Assembly (NCBI GenBank): GCA_040285825.1
Contig: JAUPSS010000005.1
Span: 1,178,001 to 1,242,000 of the forward strand
Source of the DNA: Eukaryota sp. TZLM1-RC
Taxonomy: Eukaryota > Protista > Metamonada: BaSk clade
Reading direction: 5' to 3'
Length of the DNA stretch: 64,000 nt
The translations under genes and the position numbers were made by a program. Shown here piece after piece: positions 42,352 to 52,808 of this stretch. Position 1 is the stretch's first letter; each line of letters opens with the position of its first letter. A model generated the notes under the pieces. It saw only the letters and a program-made list of their open reading frames with translations. It did not search any database and was not told the DNA's origin.

Positions 42352-43533
42352 ATGCTTCCCACATGTCTTCATTGTGGTAACTTCCTTGCCCTTTCTGATA
42401 TTCATTCTGAGGAAGAACCTGTACCGATATGCCCAACTTGTGCTCCCAAATCCCCTTCATCAACATCTGGTGACCAACACACCCACTCTGACAACAACTT
42501 TGATGTTTATACTACTGTTTTTGGATCAATCCCTGTTTGTGATCAGTCCACTAACACTGATGGTGCTTTATATCAAGATGATTCTTACTTAGATACCCTC
42601 CAATTTAAACTCAAATCCTCTCAGGAACGTATCTTGACATTAGAAAAGGAATTGCATTTTGAAAAAACAATGGCAAAATCTTCAGTACAAGACCTTGAGA
42701 ATGAACACAAAGCCATAGTTGCCAAGTTAAAGTCGGACTACCAAGCAGAAATCACCAAAATTGAGTCATCTTATAAGGAACAACTGGAGAAATCCCGACC
42801 TAGTCCGACCCAAGTCGATCTAATTCCGACCCAAAATGAGTTGATTCAAGAATTGCGAACGGAATTGTTAAAACAGGAAGCCTTGTTGGTTAAAGCTAAT
42901 GAAGACTTGACTAAAGCGCAGCAACGACTAGAATTAGCTCATCTAGGTCAATGTGTAACCCTCTCTCAAAACCCCGATCTAACCCGATCCAATCCCGACA
43001 CAACCCCATCTAGTAAAAGGTTGGCCAAGAGTAATGACGAGCCGCCAAAGAAACTGCGTAATGTGGATGACCTTGAACTTGAGGACTTGGTAAATATGCT
43101 TGAAGCCCTCCCAACAGCTCGTGACAAAGTTTTACTTATACTAAGCGTTCATTTGCCTATTTCTGTTGCTAAACTAGTTGAGTTGAGGGCACGCGATGTT
43201 TTTGACTATGAAAATAAGACACTTGTTGTTTATAAAATAGCAACAAAACGTCGTAAGCAGTTCTTAGACTTGAGTAAAATGGCAGATGTTTTTAAAGATT
43301 TTTTAATTGATTATTTATTACCAATGCCCCCCCAAGGTTTTGTTTTGTACAGCACTGAGGCGATGAAAGGTTCTGAGGATAGGAAGCCTGTCTATGATAG
43401 ACATTTGGCTCAAGGAACCGTGTGGACTTTGTTTAAGAATGCTGCTAAAAAGGCAAATATAGAGGGAAGGTTTTCAAGGGATACTATAAAGAACTTTTTT
43501 GATATGGTTTCAGTAGATATGATGTTTAATTAA
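42352..43533 (+). CDS. Zn-finger + coiled-coil protein with C-terminal inactive tyrosine-recombinase (phage integrase)-like domain
   Basis: First ATG 42352; CLHC...CPTC; long coiled coil; RDKVLLILSVHLPISVAKLVELRARDV...KDFLIDYL...VWTLFKNAAKKANIEGRFSRDTIKNFF aligns by eye with XerD/Tn554-type catalytic domains but lacks the catalytic residues. Confidence 0.72.
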   Translation: MLPTCLHCGNFLALSDIHSEEEPVPICPTCAPKSPSSTSGDQHTHSDNNFDVYTTVFGSIPVCDQSTNTDGALYQDDSYLDTLQFKLKSSQERILTLEKELHFEKTMAKSSVQDLENEHKAIVAKLKSDYQAEITKIESSYKEQLEKSRPSPTQVDLIPTQNELIQELRTELLKQEALLVKANEDLTKAQQRLELAHLGQCVTLSQNPDLTRSNPDTTPSSKRLAKSNDEPPKKLRNVDDLELEDLVNMLEALPTARDKVLLILSVHLPISVAKLVELRARDVFDYENKTLVVYKIATKRRKQFLDLSKMADVFKDFLIDYLLPMPPQGFVLYSTEAMKGSEDRKPVYDRHLAQGTVWTLFKNAAKKANIEGRFSRDTIKNFFDMVSVDMMFN

Positions 43534-44219
43534 GGTTTGTCTGTTTTTTTATTAATTCATTGTTCCTTTAATGTTTTATTCAAATAGTGTTTGTTTTGTC
43601 TATTTAATTAATTAATTTTTTTATGAATTTATTTTTTTGATTTTTTTGATTTTTGGAGACAGTGATTGTTCAATTCTAAGGTTTCTTCAGTTTTCTTATC
43701 CGCTCTATTTACTTATTTATTGGATTGATTGGATTTATTTGGGACTGGAAATTAGGGAAATTTGTTTAATTTTTGTGAAAAGGAGTAATTCAAATGTGTT
43801 TTTCAGCTCTTACTGCTGGTGTTAGTGGTTGGGCGAGTTGATTTTAATTTTTTGTATTAATTACATGCAACACAAAACAATGATTCGATATGAAATATTA
43901 AGAAAGTCAATGTTCTCATTTTCGAATACACACTCTACACAAATAACATTTCCATAATTCTTGCACACAAGGCCTCTGACTTGGTATGCTTTCGATTCAA
44001 TATCAAATCAGTTTCTTTGAATTAATTGTCGCATTGGGAACTCTATTTCGAATGGTCTAGGTGTGTGATCAAAGCAGGATTTTGGAACAAATTGAATTAA
44101 TGTTGATTAATAATAATAAGTTGAATACTTTATTTCAAATAATATAAAATTACATTATATACAAAATCAAGAAATATGTAAATCAAGAGATAACAGTGAA
44201 AAAGACCAAACACCGAAAA

Positions 44220-44337
44220 AAACAACCAAAAATTTCATCTCAACCAAAAATTCCATCTTGACAAACTCAAATAAACACCCAAAATAAATAAAAATAAACA
44301 ACCAAAAATTTCATCTTGGCAAACTCAAATAAACACA
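44220..44337. repeat. Imperfect local duplication between convergent genes
   Basis: caaccaaaaatt(t/c)catct occurs three times and caaactcaaataaacac twice. Confidence 0.6.
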
Positions 44338-44367
44338 TTACAATTTCAATAACAAAAACTCAAAAAG

Positions 44368-46209
44368 TTATCGTGTTCCTGACAAAATTTCCAGGGCTCC
44401 TTTACTGTTGCCTCCCAAAGCACTTATTGATCTTGGTGTAAAAGTTTTTGCAGCTACTGATCTTTTGAAAATCTTTTCGTAAATAATATTCAATAAGCGA
44501 CCTTTTGCGATCAAAGTTGGCAAAATTTTCAAAGTTGATCCATTCAAAAGATCAATATCGAAATTTTCCAAGTCTTCAGGAACCTGATACCTGGCACTTT
44601 CTATTTTAGTCACATTTCCTGAACTTTCTTTGTAAATTTGACCCTTTACGACCTCCAAACTTTCCTTCAGTAAGAGCTCAATCTCAGCTAATGAACGTTT
44701 ATACTCGAAAATTTCATTCTTGACAACCAAAATTTCTTCATCCACTGATTTTATGGCTTCTCTTAATTTATTAACTTGATCCACAATCTTCAACTCCTGC
44801 TCATTGCTAGCCAAATAATTTTCTTTTAATATCATATCATCAGTTTCTTCAGAAACCTGACCCTCATCAGACAGTTCATCATCAGAAACTTCCACGTCAT
44901 CAATAACGTAATCAGTGACGTCAGCAGTCTCCAATTTTCTTTCCAACATTTCATTTTGGGCTTTGTAATGATCTAACTTAGATAAGCTCATATTATAATC
45001 AGATTTGATTGCCATTAGATCAGAATTGAGTTGACTCTGACGTGCCAAAAGGTCATTATTCAAGCACGTCAGAGCTAGCGTTTTTCTCCTTGAATCCGCA
45101 AGACTTTTAGAGGTTTGATTGAAAAATTCAACAAATTCTTCCATCTGGGACACCACATTTGAATCATTTTCTACTTCTAATTGCTGTCGTATAGAATCTA
45201 CTCGTGACTCAAAGCCAGAAACCATTTTCTTCATTCGTTCTGTGATTAGAGTTGGAAAAAATGAAATAAAAACAAATAAAAAGGATAAGGCATTAGCTAG
45301 AAAACTGGAAAGGGTGGTTGTAAGTTGAAAACTTGATTTCATAGATATAAGAAAAAGCTCAAGTCAAGTTAAAAACAACAAACTTAATACGTTCGATTCA
45401 TAGATAATTCTTATTCAATATTTGATAAATAAAATTATAAACCTTATTATTTCCTTTTCATTTTTAAATTAAACCAAAATAAACATACCTTCTGAAGTTT
45501 GTTGAGCAACTCTACTCATTTCATCAATTTTATTGTTAATCTCCGAATGCAATTCCCTCACACTGCCTAATTCAGCATCGACTCCATTTTTGGAAACTAA
45601 AGAATTAATCTGATTTGTGAGAGACTCAATCATTTGATTGAGCTGGTTACGTGATTTGATGAACTCTGATTGTTTATTCTTTGCTTCCTGGGCAAGTGAA
45701 TCTCGTTTTTCAGTCAATTTAGCATTTTCAACAGTCAGTTTCAGCATTTGTTTTTCCAATTCATTCGCAGAGGGCATTGAGTTAGCGTTGGGGTTGGGGT
45801 TAGACTCTACAGCTGTACTTGCAGAAGGTCTGGCTGAAGATCTTTGGGCATTCCTGAGGTTAGGGTTAAAGTTAGGGTTCGAAGCTAGTCTGATTGGAGG
45901 AATGAGAAGTTGTACATTGGGTTGGGAAGAATCTGATCGATCCGGGTTTCTTGTGGGAGTTGAAGGAAAAGGGGAAGCTCTATTGTCTGGGGAGAATGGT
46001 GGAAAATCTGATAAGGCGCGTTCTAAGGAAGCAAGAAAGTCAGAAGAGGGGTCATCCGTGTGAAGACGCTCAGTACGTTCTTCTTGAAGGAGTTCTTCTA
46101 GTTTGCGATGAAAGGCAAGAGAGTCTGCACAATCAGGATTACTGACATCAACAGCTTGTTTAAGTTCATCTCGTCGTGGAGTACGAGCAGTGGAGCGTGC
46201 TGATATCAT
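44368..46209 (-). CDS. Uncharacterised coiled-coil protein, 530 aa; exons 46209-45489 and 45239-44368
   Basis: 249-nt intron GTATGT...CTAATCACAG (45488-45240) joins ORFs 45469-46209 and 44368-45342 in frame (QQTSE|ERMKKM); total 1593 nt. Confidence 0.8.
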
Positions 46210-48106
46210 TGAAACAGATATTGTCTATAACAATGAAATAAGTGTCCTTTTTGGGGACTGAGTTTTTGGGAAGTGGAAGATTTTCTTCTCAATGCCTTTG
46301 AACCTTTGTCAACCTTGACTCTCTGCAGGTATTCCGGTCTATCTCCACCATTTACATGTGCTTCCATCACTGCCAACATATGCAGCGAAGCATTTCGATC
46401 TCTATTCCACAAACTTTCGCATGATTTTACACATGGTAAGCCCGGGACGAATAGACATCTCATACCTCTTCCATGGCCTAGGATTTCTGCACCATCGGAA
46501 TGTTTCAACTGTCTTCTCCGCTTTCTTACAGTTGAAACAACAACAACTGGTTCGAAACTCATCAATCAAAAAGACCTTATAAACAGCCTTTTTAAATAGA
46601 ATTCTCAACCCTTTTCCTTTGGTAGGTTCTTTGAATTTCATGTGTTTTCGTTGTTCCCAGTCTCCGATTCCAATAACTACTTGGCTGGGATCACCAATTA
46701 CTCATTTGAATCTTTGGATCATCTTTGCCTCGGATCTTGTGCGATTAATCTCAGCCCACCATCTTAGTTTTCTAAATATTTTTTGATGATAGACGTGACC
46801 AACAATACTATTCACATAATTCTTTTGTTTGATATACTCCATAAATCTATCAAACCTGCAGCTTTTGGAGTTGAATTGGGATAATGTTGCCTCCCATTCT
46901 GCTACAGATTTAGTCGTGTGATCATTATTTCTCAAATTTAATGAGTAATTAATTTCGTGGGGAATATTGATTTCTTGAGGTACTTCACCTCTTAATAAAC
47001 TAATTGTTCTTTCAGTCATTTGATTAATTATACTGCTGTTTAAATCCATCCTTTGTTGTTGTTCTTCAGATGGTTCATAATTGGATAGACCCATCACTCT
47101 ACTAGTAGAGTCACTTATTGTGATAAGAGTGTCATTGCGTATGCTGTCTCTTATTCTTTCGAATTTGGAACTTTTCGACTCAAATCTTTGTTGATTTTGA
47201 GTGTACCTGAAATGAACATATTTGTCTCTCTCAGATTTTTTTGAATGCGTCATTCCAAAAGCTAAATTGACAGAAAAAAAGAGTAGATCAGATTTTCCTG
47301 GATCAGCAGCAGCAAGTGTCATATCTTGGAATTCAGAAAGATTGATGCTGGGGTCATCAATATTTTTCTTCATCTTTCATTTCTTTTGCAGTTACTTTGT
47401 ACTTTTTCAAGTCCATTCTAGATTGAATGAAACTTACTGCTATTCCATCAGTCTCGATACTAGACATGATGTATTTGGAATTTTCCGAATATAGTTTAGT
47501 GTTTTTAATCTCGTCCATTTTTAAAATGGTGTCCCATAAAATCAAATCAGCAGCTTGATTATTGCATTGGTAAGACGACCTTGGACCAAGAATGTCCTTG
47601 AATTGGACAAAGAACAAGTCCAATAAACTTGTCTTGTCAATTCTGATATACGAGGGAATACAAGAATTCTTCAAAGGCAGAGCATGAAAGAGTTTACTCT
47701 CCTCATCCTCTAAATAATTATTACTATTAAACATTGCCCTCAAATAGTAATTTGATTTTGAAGAAAAATCAAATTTTGAATACTTTTCCCTTTTAGAATT
47801 ACTGGGAAGTAAAAGAGGGATCTGGTCATTAATGAAAAGCGAAGTAATTGATCAGACTTTGTTTCTCGTTGCACACGTTTCGCCATCAATATCTCTACAT
47901 CCTTTTAGAAGGAGGGATTTAACTTTGCTGATGAATGTTGAGAAGTGTTTCTTATCTTGCTTTTTCAGGACGTTGTTGTTTCTCTTAACATCATAAAAAA
48001 CATCGACAAACTGATCCAAGTAATCAAAGTTATGCTCCTGGATGTTATTTTTGAAATTCACAATCAGTTTATCAGTTGCGCAATACAAAATATTACTGAT
48101 TCCTTT
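46206..48106 (-). pseudogene. Fanzor (eukaryotic TnpB-like RNA-guided endonuclease), N-terminally truncated, four lesions
   Basis: LPLKNSCIPSYIRID, SIETDGIAVS, RuvC-I AADPGKSDL (47296-47304), GIGDWEQRKHMKFKEPTKGKG, RuvC-II LIDEFRTS (46558-46563), CFNC...CKSC, RuvC-III WNRDRNAS (46398-46400), RPEYL; in-frame TGA at 47852 and 46702, frameshifts near 47360 and 46427. Confidence 0.9.
46241..46330 (-). ncRNA. Candidate Fanzor omega-RNA scaffold / element right end
   Basis: Four consecutive hairpins directly after RPEYLQR, ending at a TA (46239-46240); position matches known TnpB/Fanzor omega-RNA architecture. Confidence 0.4.
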
Positions 48107-49170
48107 TTTTGATAAATCCTTTAAATGAATCACATCCTTTATTAATTTCTCTTGAAAAAATGGTGCAAGAACTACCTGTTGATATTTGGAATAGGAGTTT
48201 TCCTTCAAGTTTGCCTGCTGTGCCTTCGAGATCTTTCACCAACCTTCATCTTGCTGTTGTGAAATTACAGAAGTCTGTTCTTATTGGTTTTGAAGACCTG
48301 GAATTTTCTAAACGACTTAGTGTGACTAAGATTAATAATCCCGTCTTTGCTGCCTTTTTATCAGACATTCAGAACTGTACTAGTTTAATATCTCAGCAAC
48401 CAAGGCCATTTGGTCTTCACTTAACAAATGAAGCTTGGAAACAAAACATGCGGTTGAGATTGGGGGTGTATCCAAGTGGTCTTTTGGACAATTCTTATTG
48501 TATTTGTAACAAAAAACCTACTGCCAATTTTCGTCATATTGTGAGCTGTAAGAAATTTCTCCAATATAGGACAGTTCTTCATAATGCCGTTCGTGATGTG
48601 ACATATGAGATGTTCAAGTGTTACAATTTTAGTTGCAAAGTAGAACCTTTGTTGAAGCATTATAGCGATAATAATCTGTTTAATTCACGTCGAGGTGATT
48701 TAATTGCTCCTTTTGTGCATTCCTCACAAGTTGTTGTTGATTATACTACAGTTGATCCCTTTGCTTTTATTTATCGTGATGATGTTTTACTTAGTGCTAA
48801 TGGTCATTTAAACAAGGCTGAAGATCGTAGAAGAGATAAATATACTGAGATATTAAATGATTTAAATAAGAATCTTTACTCGAAGTTTTCGTTTTTTCTT
48901 TTTGCCTTTTCGATTTTTGGCAACATTGGACAATCCGCCTTGAGTTTCATCAATGATTTTGGTAATTTATGTCGTTCAAGTGGTAAGAATTTTGCACAGA
49001 ATTTATGGAAAAATCGTATCATTTTCGCTTTGTACAGAAGTGTTCCCAAGTACTTGATTTTAATGATGTCTAAACTTTATGAGGATTCATCAAGAGTTGG
49101 CGTGGAGAATTTAGTTTCTTATGTGTTTTAGTTTGTTTTGTTTTTATTTGATTCTTTATAATATATTTAA
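48107..49170 (+). mobile_element. 5'-truncated family E non-LTR element (CCHC + RLE) interrupting the Fanzor
   Basis: CICNKKPTANFRHIVSC, HNAVRD, RRGDL, DKY; highly similar to 54065-55090. Confidence 0.92.
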
Positions 49171-49649
49171 AAATTAATTAATTAAATTAATATTGTCAAT
49201 AAACTATATGCTGTATCAAAAAGTGTTGGTGATAAAATTCCTACGTTGCACAACGAAAATTTTGCAAAGTTGTTTTTGTCTTTGCGTTAAGGGAACTTTC
49301 CTTATCGCTTTGGGACGTGACCACAGGAAAAGCATCACGAAATAATTGGGTTTCAATTTTTGGTACAATAGCATTTGGGTTTTAAGTCAAAAAGTTGCAA
49401 AAAGGGATCAACTTCATGAACCTCCCAATACTTTGCATTATATTGAGGATCAAGGTCAATATTTCTTTCCCCTAATAAAATTTTGGAAACTGTGTTTAGT
49501 TTGCGTGGTTTGTAATAATTTGTGTAAATACTACAAGTATCAACAACAAATCGACCAGCATTTTAGGGGTTCAAGTGTTTGTGATTCAATTCTATTATAT
49601 TTGAGTTATAGAATTGAACCCATTCAGTAGCACCGAATTCTCCCTTTAA

Positions 49650-50215
49650 AAAAGTCCTCATTGTCAGAACGTTTCATAAGATGTGGGATGTCAAATGATG
49701 ATTTGGACGTTGAATTTCAATCATCAAAACACAAAGTACATATTGACCCTGGTAAAAATGATTTACTGTATTGGTGTGGCCAAAAATGATTCAAACTTAA
49801 TGCAAAAAACCAACTAAAAAGAGATAAACAATATGAGTGGCTCAGATTGACAGAATTGGAATGATCAAGGGTATCGAGAGTTCACCAAAAATTCAGAAAA
49901 TTGAAAAAGAAAGAGTTTATTTTGCAAAATGAAATCACAGTGGAAGAAACAGATACTGCTTTATCAAAAGAATCATCAAAATCTTTTATTTATAATAATT
50001 TCTATTCTTATGTTGCTTCCAAGATGACAAACATGACATTTACATTTGATTACTACTGTTTAATGTTATGACGCATTCAAAAAATGCAAAGGTATTTCCA
50101 TTATCAGAAAGCAGAAGCTAAGTTATTAAAAAATGGCTGAAATACAATGGAAGCAATAAAACACTATCCTAATGTTTGGTGACAATGGCAATAAGACAAA
50201 GAATTTGAAGTATCA
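49650..50215 (+). pseudogene. Second, divergent Fanzor remnant (RuvC-I region)
   Basis: Manual translation across frameshifts: KVHIDPGKNDLLYWCG...YEWLRLT...ETDTALSKESSKSFIYNNFYSYVASK...YQKAEAKLLK...ILMFGD, colinear with 46660-47320. Confidence 0.75.
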
Positions 50216-50224
50216 TCGATCAAG

Positions 50225-50530
50225 TAGTTATTGATAAGAATCACCTCTGTGGTTCTTATGAAAATCATCTTCAGCATCAAACAAATTTGGCAACATATGT
50301 TACAAATAAGATTCAATTCAATGAGACTTACACATACAATATAATTAGTCTCTAACTGCATCGTGAACCTTGGTTCTAAAGGTGATAAAATGTTTAAAAT
50401 TGAGCAAATGAGTGCACCTTACATTGGCAAATTGAATTACGAGGCAAATTATCAGGCATGATAAAGGAACGAAGTATCATATTCAAAGTGATCCAGGCAG
50501 AATCAGATATGAGAATCTCATAAACATGAG
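50225..50530 (-). mobile_element. Degraded family B-like internal fragment
   Basis: Similar to 39820-40110 (gaaaatcatcttcagcatcaaacaa...catacaatataa...gaacctt). Confidence 0.75.
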
Positions 50531-50584
50531 CACGTATTTATTAGCATTGAGTTCTTTATAAAAAACATAAAATTTCTGGCTCAA

Positions 50585-50704
50585 GGAACACCGGTGGAAC
50601 ACCGGTGGAACACCTGAACACGCTTTTGAATTGAGGAACGTGTATCGAACACCTGTTCACACGGCACACGTGTTAACACATGTAAAGTGTAATTCTGAAC
50701 ATTG
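50585..50704. repeat. GAACACC motif array / possible DNA-transposon subterminal region
   Basis: ggaacaccggt x2, ggaacacct, gaacacg, gaacacctgttc, acacgtgt, tgttaaca; the minus strand begins caatgttcag. Confidence 0.5.
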
Positions 50705-50746
50705 ACTTTAACAGGAAGATTTGGATTTCGTTACCTCTGCCCACAA

Positions 50747-51862
50747 ATGCATTTTCAAAAACCTACCACAGAAGGACTGCGATCTTCAGCAGAGTACCTC
50801 AAACAAACCTTTATTCAACGACATGGTGATCTTCGTCCTCCATCCCCAGTAACACAACAAACCCTTCCCGATCAAGCTCTTCTCAAAACTCTTGTACACG
50901 AGATCGGAATTCCGGAACGTCAAGCCAAGGAGGCCCTCATCGCTACCTCCAACGTAAGCGTTGATGCCGCTCTCGAACACATTTGGTCTCAAAGCCAACA
51001 GCAAGAACCTCCAGAGCCCGCACCTCAAGAACAATTACCACATGTTAAGGATTATTCATATGGAACAACCATAGAAGAAGCTTTAAAACAAGGTTATATT
51101 GAAGGAATTGGTGAAATCTCCACCACTCCAGGTCACGTTGAGCCTTTAGGTCGGCCGACGCAACATTCCCAGTCTGTACCAATGGAAGAGGCACATTCTT
51201 CAAGAGATGAATCAGGAGAAATGGAACATGGGTTAGATCGGCCGACTCAAGAAATGGAAGGTGAAGTTGCAGAGAAAACACAGGAAGAGAAAAAGGCTGA
51301 GATGTTGGCCAAAATGAAGCGGATATCTGACCAAAAAAAGCAAAAAGAGAAAGAAGAGCAACGACTCCGAGAAAAGCAACGGCGCGAGGAAGGGAAAAGT
51401 TACGCTGAATTAAAGAGAGAAATAAAGGAAAAAGAAAGGAAGAAAGCCATGGAAGAAAAGATGAGGGAAAGACGTGAGCAAAGGGAGTATTTGGCTAAGG
51501 TAAAAGAGCAGGTAAGGTTGGAGAAGGAAGCTCGTGCAAGGGAGAGTTTGCCTGCAAGTTCAAAAGTGCAGGGAAAAAGTCCAGCAGGAGGATTGCCGAC
51601 ATCCGCTCCAGTCCAGGCAAACCCACCTGGACCAATGTCTAAAACAGATAAATGTAGAGTTCAGGTAAGAATTGGCGGAAAACCTTATCAAAATGAGTTT
51701 TCCGCCAATGCCACTTTTAGAGAAGTTAAGCAATGGGTAAGGAGCCAAGTAGGTAAAGATGTGAGGTTGATGACCATGATGCCAAGAAAAGAGGTCACTG
51801 AGGAGAATAGAACGTTGGAAGACTTGGGTTTTGTGCCTGCAATAGCTTTGATGGGAATGTAA
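50747..51862 (+). CDS. UBA-UBX p97/Cdc48 adaptor (UBXN1/SAKS1-like)
   Basis: First ATG 50747; UBA (LKTLVHEIGIPERQAKEALIATSNVSVDAALEHI), charged coiled coil, UBX (CRVQVRIGGK...MPRKE...TLEDLGFVPA). Confidence 0.85.
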   Translation: MHFQKPTTEGLRSSAEYLKQTFIQRHGDLRPPSPVTQQTLPDQALLKTLVHEIGIPERQAKEALIATSNVSVDAALEHIWSQSQQQEPPEPAPQEQLPHVKDYSYGTTIEEALKQGYIEGIGEISTTPGHVEPLGRPTQHSQSVPMEEAHSSRDESGEMEHGLDRPTQEMEGEVAEKTQEEKKAEMLAKMKRISDQKKQKEKEEQRLREKQRREEGKSYAELKREIKEKERKKAMEEKMRERREQREYLAKVKEQVRLEKEARARESLPASSKVQGKSPAGGLPTSAPVQANPPGPMSKTDKCRVQVRIGGKPYQNEFSANATFREVKQWVRSQVGKDVRLMTMMPRKEVTEENRTLEDLGFVPAIALMGM

Positions 51863-52132
51863 ATAAACACTTATTGGTGGAAGTTGTTGTGATCAAATTG
51901 TTTATGATATACAATCTGAGTAAAAATTACTTGGAAAAGAGTGTAATTTTCTCAAAAATGCAGAATTGATTTCGCACTTGATGGCTCCAAAATACTTGTA
52001 ATTGATTTATTAACAATTAAATATTAGGTTTCTATTCTAAATCTACCTTGAATCACAGTAAAAGAGTTCGGTTAGAATTTAGTTGATAATATTACAGAAG
52101 TTTCTAAAAAGTTATTAAAAAGAGAAGTATTT

Positions 52133-52300
52133 ATCTCCCTGCCTTGGTCAACCTTTTGATACCTCACTTTCTGGCAGGGCGTCATATTTCTTCTGTTCTT
52201 TGCCAAAACGATGTCGCTGACCGACAGTGACCCTGACTTGGGCGGACTAGGACGCCCAAGTAGATATTCTACCCGTCAAATCAAGCTCATCCCCTTCACT
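52133..52300 (+). mobile_element. Isolated probable retrotransposon 5'-end module
   Basis: Homologous (inverted) to 9490-9665; pyrimidine-rich start tctccct, then ATGTCGCT at 52211. Confidence 0.5.
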
Positions 52301-52808
52301 CAAAAACTAATTCACGTATTTCTCGTAGAAAATACAGTGGTTGAGTTTCTAACAGCTAGAGAATGAAAATATAAACTGTTTCGTTGAATTTGAGTCGAAA
52401 TAAAGGACATTAGTTGAAAGAGACAGCGTCATGTAGGATTAGAAGATGATTGTATTTGAAGTTCAATTTTTGATAGAGATAACTGACGTAAACAAGTCGA
52501 TATGGTAAAATGGCTTACATAATAGTATTTATCAATATCTTGCTGGGTTTTGTTTAGAAGGACTAAGGTGTAAATCGCTCGAGTCTTGGTGTCTTCGCTT
52601 GCATGCACTTTCAGGCGTCTAGAATTATCACCAGAAACCAAAAGTCGATGCTAGCTCCGATTACACCACATACAAATTGTAATGAAAAATGATGTGAGAA
52701 ATAGGTGTGGTGAGAATTAGAATTCACTAATGTCAATGAATAAACGACACAGGTTCTATTTTTGGTATTAAATTATCTGCCAACATATCTTCATCCTTTA
52801 CGTCCTGA

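Noticed and set aside
46702-47854. UGA reassignment or readthrough in the Fanzor
   Set aside because: TGA is a normal stop for zeta-COP (4209-4211), and the same locus also has two frameshifts, so decay is more parsimonious
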